A stretch of DNA of 64,000 bases from Yuukianura sp. NJ FZ-2021 (lineage: Eukaryota), in contig CM102283.1 of the NCBI GenBank assembly GCA_046563655.1, positions 620,001 to 684,000 of the forward strand, in the 5' to 3' direction. Positions 1 to 10,498 of the stretch are shown here, in pieces. The position numbers were made by a program, and so were the translations under genes. The notes beneath the pieces are model-generated. The model was not told the DNA's origin, ran no database searches, and saw only the letters and a list, made by a program, of their open reading frames with translations. Numbering within the stretch: the first letter of the stretch is position 1; the number at the start of each line of letters is the position of its first letter.

Positions 1-678
1 GTCAGATTCACCGATGTGACTGGCACAGATCGGAATTTTGAAAAACTTCGAAAACTTTTTCCGCCAACTTCCGTTGTTACTAAAATTTCGCTTCCCTTTC
101 CCGACTTCCTTTTTTATCAAGCCAAAACGCTTTCAAATGAATTGCTGCGAAACGACTCTCTATTGACCGTTCCATCAGATCTGGGGAAACTTTCACGCTT
201 TTCTAGCCTGCCTGTCTACCAATTTCTCAAAAACTTCTACGTTCAAAAACCTGTGGGGATTTTTCCTTGGTTCCTGCTTGGAGCTTTACTTGAAACGATG
301 CCCAACAATACTGCGGTGTGGTTCCCCGGTTATGGAGGCGCTGTGAGATCTGTGCAAATCAATGACACTGCTTTTGTGCATAGAGGACCGACATTGTATC
401 TGGCTGCGGCGAATTACGAGGTCACTGACCCGTCTGATGAACAACAAAACCAAGTTGGCCAAACTTTCGTTGAAAATTTTTATGACCTTGGACTTCGAAT
501 TTTCAACCACACCGAGTCGTATCAAAACTACATCGACCCGGAAATGCCCGACTACTTGGCTCGCTACTACGGCAGCAACTTGGACCAACTTGTTCAAGTT
601 AAAGCAAAGTACGACCCAGGAAATTTTTTCAACAATCCACAATCTATTCCTGTCAAACTCAACCAACCAATAATTTAA
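1..678 (+). CDS. FAD-linked oxidoreductase, berberine-bridge-enzyme (BBE) C-terminal domain; 5' end lies outside the window
   Basis: ORF ends ...ESYQNYIDPEMPDYLARYYGSNLDQLVQVKAKYDPGNFFNNPQSIP, the typical BBE tail (YxNYxD..YYGxNxxxLxxxKxxYDPxNxF). It also has YGGAV..DTAFVHR. Stop TAA at 676-678. Confidence 0.85.
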   Translation, partial: VRFTDVTGTDRNFEKLRKLFPPTSVVTKISLPFPDFLFYQAKTLSNELLRNDSLLTVPSDLGKLSRFSSLPVYQFLKNFYVQKPVGIFPWFLLGALLETMPNNTAVWFPGYGGAVRSVQINDTAFVHRGPTLYLAAANYEVTDPSDEQQNQVGQTFVENFYDLGLRIFNHTESYQNYIDPEMPDYLARYYGSNLDQLVQVKAKYDPGNFFNNPQSIPVKLNQPII

Positions 679-1050
679 AAAAAAAGTCGTCATTATGATT
701 TATAATTGTTACTGATTACAATTTTTTTCAAATCGGACTTTGACAAAAACCTTTTGTTGGAATTTTTTCAAATAAAGCCTTAGTCAGAATCATTAAACAT
801 TTTAAGAAAAAATTATTTTATGTGATTAAACTCCTCACGACTGCATGTCGGCTGGCAATCTATAATCGAGTTACTCATAACTTTTTAAGAAATTAAGGTC
901 ATGCTCTAGGTCAAACGTGTGTCTTGTGAGCTAAATCTTACTCTTATGAAATTATCTAACGTCATTGATTTACTTAAGTTGAATGCACTCCCTTCTGATT
1001 ATTTACTTAAAAACTTCAATTTGAATTTCCTAAAAATAAAATACTTTATT

Positions 1051-1945
1051 TCACCAGTCGTCGGCATTGAAAATGACTCGACTGCAAGTTTGACTCCTGG
1101 TTTTAAAAGATCCGCGGGGACACTTGGTCGTAAATGCTGAAAACGCAAAGGAAAATTTCTTCGCAAACCCACAAATGAGCGTCGATCCATCATCATCATC
1201 AATCCGAATGGTTTCTTTGGCTTCAGAATTTTCTGGAACTGCGCCTTTATTTACACAATTTGAGCCGAGTTCAACGCACCTTCCTTCAAATGGAATCAAA
1301 AGTTTCCGAGCCCATCGTCGGAAACACGGATTTTTTTGGCAGCGGAGTTCAGCCGAACCGGCACGCGCTGGCACCAAAATGTGACCTCGTTTGCAAAATC
1401 CCTGGGAAATTAGCACACACGACGATTAGGTTTCAAAGAAACTAGTATGTCTAACAATCTAACAAATTAACGTAACTTGGCTTAGTTAAGCTAAGGGTTA
1501 ACCTGTTCATAGACCGAGTAGCACTTGTTGTGTGGTGGGTAGTAGGCCGTTAGTTTAGAAAGTTCTGTACATTGACACGACCCGTACAGGTCATCCACTG
1601 AACTAAAGGTCATTTTGGTATTGGTTCCACAAGGCCCAGTGGATGGCATAGGGTAGCACTGTTGCGTTTCATTGTGAAATCTACTCGTTACTAGTGCATC
1701 CGCACATGCCTGGGCTCTAAAAACAGTAAAAAGGAACAAATTTTATAAATCAATTTATTCTAAAAATCAAAAACTCTTACTATCAAACAGAATGAAACGC
1801 TTACGTATGTATTTAATTTTTTTTTGGTATTATTTACAAACCTTTGAAACAGTTCAGTTTCCGACAGTGGCCTTTGACCTCTCGTGAGTTGGCAATTGAC
1901 CAAGGTGAAAATAAGGAAAAAGCACACGGATTTGACAGTTTCCAT
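1051..1945 (-). CDS. Secreted cysteine-rich protein, DUF4789-like; exons approx. 1945-1805, 1716-1503, 1401-1051
   Basis: Signal peptide METVKSVCFFLIFTLVNC. Repeated CY.....GPC / YYPPHNKCYSVYEQ-GFC motifs. GT-AG junctions join three ORF pieces. The 3' end is uncertain because the TGA at 1051 overlaps a possible donor. Confidence 0.65.
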
Positions 1946-3023
1946 TTTTTAAAGTTTTTAACAAAGTTGATGTTTCTCCGGAAAGTTTCCGTAGAATAAC
2001 CAAATTTTTTAAGGAAAAAAGGAAAATTGGAATATAAATTTGTGGTTATTGTTCTCCTTGACTGTTGTTTTTCCTAGAATTCGTGAATCATCCTGAATGC
2101 AGTTAAACTCGTTTTGAAAAAAAACAAATACCCGCGTTTATTTTTTATTCAGGAACATGATATATTTAACAAAGGTTTTGTTTTTTGTATGCTGATTAAA
2201 AGTGAAATTCGAATCGTAATTGCTGGAATGGAGTTGAGAATGCTGAAGATCAATGTCTTGACAATAATGGAGTTCGTCTCGCAGAACTCAAGAAGCTAAT
2301 TGAACTTGTGTAACTTTGAAACTTTCGCACGTAATTTTAACATCAGTAAATTCAAATAATGGCGTTACCTTGTACCGTTCTTATAGAATTCAAAAAAGTA
2401 GTTTTTGTCGAATCTGCATCCTCATAGCAGAAGTCAAATTGAAAAATCGAAAAAAAACACAAACGACGCTCGTTGTTCAACTGGTTGTGTTATTCATTTT
2501 TCTATTTTTTTCATTCTTAGGGTTCCGTTTCAAAATATAGCGTCTGTGTTGAATTGAATGCAAAAAGGGAAAAAACATTTTTAGAATACAAACCCTGAAG
2601 CTAAATCTAAAGTTTTACTTCTCAGGAAAATAAGCTAAAAATGTTATGAAGGCTTTTTGTCTACAAAAGTTTTTTGAACAGAGCAGAGGAATAAGTTGGA
2701 TCTGATTCAGATATTCAAAATGTGCACAATTGCCGAGTGTTGTCACTGGAACCTTACACTGGAGAGGAGTCAAAATCGGATTCGTTCATTTGGTCGCCTT
2801 GTTCTACTTTTAGAAATTGTACGTCCATTTCTACATTAACCACTTCTAATTTTTTATGGGAAAGGAGATTCATTGTGAAACACTTCGTGTGATAACTGAA
2901 ATTACAAGCATACATTACAAACCAAAATTGTAAAAAATCTTAGCTGAATTTCCATAGTTTTGCAAAATCTTGCAAATAATTTTTATTTAACTGACGTGAG
3001 TAAAAACTCATTTTATGTTTTAG

Positions 3024-3677
3024 GTTGTGACTCTCATGGTTTGTGTTGAGTATTTTGGATTCTGGAAATGGGTCATTCCCACCTACAAAGAAAGAGCTGG
3101 AGGGGTCAAGCCAAAGGTCGTCATTGACAGACATCTAATGCTTCTTGAATCTGCTGAACTTGGCGCCGTTGTTTTTGGACTCAGTAAGTCCATTTACTGT
3201 TTCTGGAAAAAGTCCTGTTAAAAAATCTGCTTAAAGATTAAAATTTTGTGGCACTTTTGTATTGCAGTTGTTCTAACGTTGGTGAGCAGGAAATTGGGAG
3301 GATTCTACATAAACCTGGAGAAGGTAACTAAAATCAAAGCATTTAGCCTAGAATACGCAGTTTAAAAAATAAATTTAAAGTTTTGTTATACAATTTAGGA
3401 GTCTCCGTCAAAAGTTCTGAAGTCATAGCTCGACAATCGACATTTCATGATGAATATTCTCACAGTCATTTTTGGAAGTTTCATTTACTATTATGGACTG
3501 GATTGCTTTTACTTTTCTGGACCGATTCTTCCTCTTTATTTTATAACTTCCGGTACTCTACTGGAATACATTTTAGAAGAAATAAGCGGAGACTTTGATT
3601 TTTCAATGAGTTTTCCAGACAATATTGAAAAACCTGACGCCAAAAAAATTGAACGTCAAAACCGAAACACATTGTAA
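3024..3677 (+). pseudogene. Small spliced membrane-protein gene of unknown family with an in-frame TAG; exons approx. 3024-3183, 3268-3323, 3399-3677
   Basis: GT-AG junctions give a continuous hydrophobic frame (..AVVFGL|IVLTLVSRK..LEK|ESPSKVLKS*LDNRHFMMNILTVIFGSF..). The paralogous remnants near 6710 and 9880 have TGG where this copy has TAG. Confidence 0.45.
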
Positions 3678-4135
3678 TCATAATCAAACAACAAACTGTA
3701 CTAAACATACTCTTTTCATAATTTTATAATGTTAATGTTACTGTCTGTCTATTTTGAGATAATCATTTGTTTAATTTTTTGAACTTATTACTTAAATAAA
3801 AATTCAATACATCACACCTCAAAGAAAAAGTATCAAAAGTTCATTACATATCTTTTTGTAACTTTTTCGCCCATAGCCTACCTGTACTTAGCCAATGCAT
3901 ATACTTTTTTTTAGGTAGCATCTTCTGTCCAGAGGTTTAATCTAAATGTTGATTAGATTAATATTAATGCAAATTTAGCTTAACATATGAAACTTCGCAA
4001 CTGACTCTACTAAGTGTGAATCTTGAGAAGAAATTGACATGCGATTATTATTGCCAGTTTGCCAATCAAAGTGATAATTTCTAGTTTAGGTTAGGACTAT
4101 TTTTTTATGATTTTAGGAATTTGAAATATTTAAGC

Positions 4136-6198
4136 ATGCTTTCAAATTTTGTTTTCTTCAGTTCCTTTTTTATTGCAAATGCAGCTAGATTCACTCAAAC
4201 AGTTGAACAGGCTAAACCAACACTACAATCTGCACAACTGGTAAGAAGAATAACAGTTATTTAAATATTCAAGTAATTATTTTTTTAGAACATAACAAAA
4301 ATAATGGGTTTTTATAAAAGTGGTTTTTATACAGTGATTTTTGAGACAGGTACTTCGGCACGGCGAAAAAAATGCTGACGAAGGATATGAAAAAAGAAGT
4401 GGACTGTTGACTAATGTAAAAACTAAGCTTTAATTAATTTAATTCTGGTTATTCGGAAATTCATTATTAGAGTTACCATTGATTATTAGAGGAGCAATCA
4501 AAGATTATTCAAATAATAACTGCATAACTAATATAATGTAGACAGGAAAACAAGAGATGTACGACATAGGGAAGCTGGTCAGAGAGCGGTACACGGGCTT
4601 TTTGGAAGAAGATTATGACCCGGCAGAGGTGAAGATCATTACATCTGGAGCTTACAGATGCATTCAAAGTGGTACTCTATTTGCTTACGGTTTATATGAA
4701 GAATACAATTTAAATGCAAACTGGAGTAGCACTGTAGCAATTCCGTTCGACCCCATTCCAGTAGAACCAATTCCACCTCAAATTGACAAGGTAAAAACAT
4801 TGACCCTTGACTTTTGCTTTTTATAAACGAAGCGGCTCTTATTCTGTTTTCAGTACCTGCAACTAACTGATGATTGTCCAGCAAGGGACACTCTAAAGAC
4901 TCAAATCGGTTAGACTATGGGTTCTGGCCTAGTGAAACTTTTTTCTAAGTTTCTGGTCCAAATTTTGAAAAATATTTCTCAAAAATTCTCAAAAATTAGG
5001 AATGGGGGACCATTGGGGTCAAAACAAAAATTTTTGATCCAAACGTTCCAAACATGTTTGAATTGAAACATGGTGAGAAGTAAAAAAAAATACGAAAAAT
5101 TTGAGCCCGATAAAACAGAAAAAAGTTTCACTGCCTCAGAAATGATAGTCTAGCTCTCACATATCAGAATCATACGCAGATTCGCTGTTTGCAGCGGATT
5201 CATTTGCAAAAGATTTTCTGGACGCATGCGCAGCTAATACTCATAACGCATCCATACCTGTTAGTGACCAAACCAGCTTCAGCAGATACTTTGCTTGTTC
5301 TCAGTGGATTGAAGTGAGATCATTTTCGAAGAACTGAATATGTGTATGGAGAAATTTTTTCTAACTTATTACATACTTTTTGTAGCCTGCGAAGGGCCGT
5401 AAAATTGCCGCATGGGCAAAACCCTACGTTGATCTGTATAATGTATTTGGCTTGGAATTAGACCAAACGTTACGCTCTTCCAGGGAATTAGAACCGTTAC
5501 GAAAAGGACCATTTTTTGAAATGCTTTTTTAAACATGGAAAACGCGGAGTCAGACGTGATTGCTTACGTTTCACATGACTTTTCATTAAATGCTCTACGT
5601 GGGTTGTTTGAGCAACAAATGAAACAATTCCCAGGAAATCTACCACCAGCTTCCGCATTCTTTTTTGAGGTTCATCAACTACCGGAGTACAGCGAACCAG
5701 TCCTAGAGGTAAAAAGTTATACAAAAACAAAATATTGCCATAGTGCCAACGAAATGCTGACATTGACTTTTTCCGATTTTGTCAACAAGAAAGATTCGCT
5801 TTTTATTTACATTAGGTTTACTTCCGCCTTGGTTCATCTTCAGTTTTAACCAGAATTGAGAACATTCCTGGATGCAGCTCAATTTGCTTGGTTTCAAATT
5901 TTGGAATTATTGTGAAGCCCTACATTCCTGATGACTATGACAAACTGTGTAGAAGTAAGTCGAAAAAAAACTTTTAAAACTAACTGTTCACCTACAGTGA
6001 CAGGTACAGAAAGTAAGAGTCTCTAAATTTGATAATGTACTAGGTTTAGGTATAAGCAGCAGTGAGGGATATGTTTCCACAATCGGACCACTTGCGACCG
6101 TAATGTTGGTAGGGCTAGCAGCAGTTGTGATGAGCGTGGTGTGTATCGCTATGATAATGGTGTTCAGATCAAACGCTACTATGTATCAGAAGTTGTGA
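4136..6198 (+). CDS. Histidine acid phosphatase, lysosomal ACP2-like, copy 1; multi-exon, -1 homopolymer frameshift near 5530
   Basis: Signal peptide MLSNFVFF. VLRHGEK at 4351 (RHG motif), SGAYRCIQS, YVSHDFSL (HD motif). C-terminal TM helix followed by YQKL* (YxxPhi sorting signal). Confidence 0.8.
4909..5167 (+). mobile_element. MITE-like insertion inside a phosphatase exon, with GT..AG boundaries (copy 1)
   Basis: Absent from copy 3 (near 11494). Imperfect inverted ends tagactatgggttctggcctagtgaaactttttt / aaaaaagtttcactgcctcagaaatgatagtcta. Confidence 0.7.
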
Positions 6199-7331
6199 CA
6201 CGCCACTAAATAATTCTTTAACTGTATGTTCCAAAAAAAATTGAAGTCTGATTTCAGAAACTACAATTTGACCAAATATAATGCATTCAACAAATATATT
6301 ACCCAACAATTTAACATTTTTCTTGCCTTGTTGTTGGTGGAGGCAAGAAAAAAGATGTACATTTTCGGTAGTTTTCATTTTAAAATTCAAACACTACGTA
6401 TTTTTAAGTGTTGCCACGAGTAAAACTTTGAGGTTTGGTACATTCTTTTGTTTCGTTGATGTAATACGGTGTAACAGAATGTTTGTCATAAATAGTTTAC
6501 AACAAGTATTCGTTCTTTTATTCTTTCAAGCCTTGTTCTAGTTTTAGAAATTGTACGTCAACATTTCGAAGTTGACCTTGTTTTAAAATTTAATAATGGT
6601 AATTAAATTTCACGTGAAACATTTCGCGTGACGAAACTAGAATTGCAAACATACTGGTACTTTCAAAACAACGGAAAAAATAAAGAAAAGCTTTTCATAC
6701 ATGTTCTAGGAGTGAGTGTCCATCAAAAGATCGAAATCATGGCTCGAAATTTTATGGTGAATGTTCTCAATGTAGTTGTTAGAACGTTCATTTACTACAC
6801 GGCGGCCTGAATTGCTTTTACTTTCCTGGTCCGATTCTTTTTATTCTCTTACTTCCGCTACTTCACTGGTATACATTTTAGAAGAAATGGGCGGAGACTT
6901 TGATTTTTCAATGACTTTTCCAGACAACATTTAAAAACTGGTTACCAAAAAAACGTGAACGTCAGAATCAAAACATATTGTAACCAAGCAACATAACTGT
7001 ACTATTTCTGTTTAATTTTTGAACTTAAATAAATAAAAATTCAAACCGATTCAAAAGTTATGATTTTTTTAAATTAAGTTGTGTTTCCCATAGGCTAACT
7101 ACAGTTAGCCTAATGTATACATTCTTTTTAGGTTAAATGTCCAGAAGAGGTTTAATCTAAATGTTGATTAGATATAAATGGAAGCTTTAACTTTTTGTTA
7201 TGCAATTGCGCATTTCTACTACATGTGAAGCATGTGAACAAATTGGCCTTCGATAATTATTGGTGAATCAAAATGATAATTTCAGGTTTAGGTTTACCTT
7301 GTACGATTTTAGTAAATTCAAAAATTTAATC

Positions 7332-9368
7332 ATGCTTTCAAATTTTGTTTTCTTCAGAGTCTTTTTCATTGTAAATTTTTTACTTAAGTTGACTCAAACC
7401 GTTGAACAGGCTAAACCAACACTACGATCTGCACAACTGGTAATAAGAATAATAATAGTTGTTTATAATGTTAAATTAAATATTTTGTTTTAACATGATA
7501 ATAAGGTTTGGCAAAGGTTTAAATTGCTGACTTTTGAGGCAGGTATTTCGACATGGCGAAAAAAAAGCTGATGGTGCCTATGAGGAAAGAAGTGGACTAT
7601 TGACTAACGTAACTTTTACTAAAAGCTTAAAGTGACCATAAATTATTAGATGAAAAACTAAAGGTTATTAAAATAATAACTGTATAAATAATACAATGTA
7701 GACAGGAAAACAAGAGATGTATGACCTTGGGAAGCTTGCCAGAGAGCGGTACGCGGGCTTTTTACAAGAAGATTATGACCCGGCAGAGCTGAAGATCATT
7801 ACATCTGGGGCTTACAGATGCATTCAAAGTGGTGCTCTGTTTGCTTACGGTTTGTATGAAGAATACAATTTAAAAGCAAACTGGAGTAGCACTGTAGCAA
7901 TTCCGTTCGACCCCATTCCAGTAGAACCAATTCCACCTCAAATTGACAAGGTAAAAACATTGACCCTTGACTTTTGCTTTTTATAAACGAAGCGGCTCTT
8001 ATTCTGTTTTCAGTACCTGCAACTAACTGATGATTGTCCAGCAAGGGACACTCTAAAGACTCAAATCGGTTAGACTATGGGTTCTGGCCTAGTGAAACTT
8101 TTTTCTAAGTTTCTGGTCCAAATTTTGAAAAAAATATTTCTCAAAAATTCTCAAAAAAAATTAGGAATGGGGGACCATTGGGGTCAAAACAAAAATTTTT
8201 GATCCAAACGTTCCAAACATGTTTGAATTGAAACATGGTGAGAAGTAAAAAAAAATACGAAAAATTTGAGCCCGATAAAACAGAAAAAAGTTTCACTGCC
8301 TCAGAAATGATAGTCTAGCTCTCACATATCAGAATCATACGCAAATTCGCTGTTTGCAGCGGATTCATTCGCAAAAGATTTTCTGGACGCATGCGCAGCT
8401 AATACTCATAACGCATCCATACCTGTTAGTGACCAAACCAGCTTCAGCAGATACTTTGCTTGTTCTCAGTGGATTGAAGTGAGATCATTTTCGAAGAACT
8501 GAATATGTGTATGGAGAAATTTTTTCTAACTTATTACATACTTTTTGTAGCCTGCGAAGGGCCGTAAAATTGCCGCATGGGCAAAACCCTACGTTGATCT
8601 GTATAATGTATTTGGCTTGGAATTAGACCAAACGTTACGCTCTTCCAGGGAATTAGAACCGTTACGAAAAGGTCCATTTTTTGAAATGCTTTTTTTAAAC
8701 ATGGAAAACGCGGAGTCAGACGTGATTGCTTACGTTTCACATGACTTTTCATTAAATGCTCTACGCGGGTTGTTTGAGCAAGAAATGAAACAATTCCCAG
8801 GACATTTACCACCAGCTTCCGCATTCTTTTTGAGGTTCATCAACTACCGGAGTACAGCGAACCAGTCCTAGAGGTAAAAAGTTATACAAAAACAAAATAT
8901 TGCCATAGTGCCAACGAAATGCTGACATTGACTTTTTCCGATTTTGTCAACAAGAAAGATTCGCTTTTTATTTACATTAGGTTTACTTCCGCCTTGGTTC
9001 ATCTTCAGTTTTAACCAAAATCGAGAACATTCCTGAATGCAGTTCAATTTGCTTTGTTTCAAGTTTCCGAAGTATTGTGAAGCCCTACATTCCTGATGAC
9101 TATGACAAACTGTGTAGAAGTAAGTCGAAAAAAAACTTTTAAAACTAACTGTTCACCTACAGTGCAGTGACAGGTACAGAAAGTAAGTGTCTCTAAATTT
9201 GATAATGTACTAGGTTTAGGTATTCGCAGTAGCGAGGGATATGTTTCCACAATCGAACCACTTGCGACCGTAATGTTGGTAGGGCTAGCAGCAGTTGTGA
9301 TGAGCGTGGTGTGTATCGCTATGATAATGGTGTTCAGATCAAACGCTACTATGTATCAGAAGTTGTGA
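7332..9368 (+). CDS. Histidine acid phosphatase copy 2 (chimeric); -1 homopolymer frameshift near 8830
   Basis: Same exon structure: FRHGEK, YVSHDFSL, TM plus YQKL*. The 5' part matches copy 3 and the 3' part matches copy 1. Confidence 0.8.
8069..8332 (+). mobile_element. Same MITE-like GT..AG insertion, in copy 2
   Basis: Near-identical to 4909-5167 and at the same exon position. Confidence 0.7.
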
Positions 9369-10498
9369 CACGCCACTAAATAATTCTTTAACTGTATGTT
9401 CCAAAAATTGAAGTCTGATTCCAGAAACTACAATTTGACCAAATATGTATAATGCATTAAACAAATATATTACCCAACAATTTAACATTTTTCTTGCCTT
9501 GTTGTTGGTGGAGGCAAGAAAAAGATGTACATTTTCGGTAGTTTTCATTTTAAAATTCAAACACTACGTATTTTTAAGTGTTGCCACGAGTAAAACTTTT
9601 AGGTTTGGTACATTCTTGTTTGATTGATGTAATACGGTGTAACAGAATATTTGTCATAAATAATTTACAACAAGTATTCGTTCTTTTATTCTTTCAAGCC
9701 GTGTTCTAGTTTTAGAAATTGTACGTCAACATTTCGAAGTTGACCTTGTTTTAAAATTTAATAATGGTAATTAAATTTCACGTGAAACATTTCGCGTGAC
9801 GAAACTAGAATTGCAAACATACTGGTACTTTCAAAACAACGGAAAAAATAAAGAAAAGCTTTTCATACATGTTCTAGGAGTGAGTGTCCATCAAAAGATC
9901 GAAATCATGGCTCGAAATTTTATGGTGAATGTTCTCAATGTAGTTGTTAGAACGTTCATTTACTACACGGCGGCCTGAATTGCTTTTACTTTCCTGGTCC
10001 GATTCTTTTTATTCTCTTACTTCCGCTACTTCACTGGTATACATTTTAGAAGAAATGGGCGGAGACTTTGATTTTTCAATGACTTTTCCAGACAACATTT
10101 AAAAACTGGTTACCAAAAAACGTGAACGTCAGAATCAAAACATATTGTAACCAAGCAACATAACTGTACTATTTCTGTTTAATTTTTGAACTTAAATAAA
10201 TAAAAATTCAAACCGATTCAAAACTTATGATTTTTTTAAATTAAGTTGTGTTTCCCATAGGCTAACTACAGTTAGCCTAATGTATACATTCTTTTTAGGT
10301 TAAATGTCCAGAAGAGGTTTAATCTAAATGTTGATTAGATATAAATGGAAGCTTTAACTTTTTGTTATGCAATTGCGCATTTCTACTACATGTGAAGCAT
10401 GTGAACAAATTGGCCTTCGATAATTATTGGTGAATCAAAATGATAATTTCAGGTTTAGGTTTACCTTGTACGATTTTAGTAAATTCAAAAATTTAATC

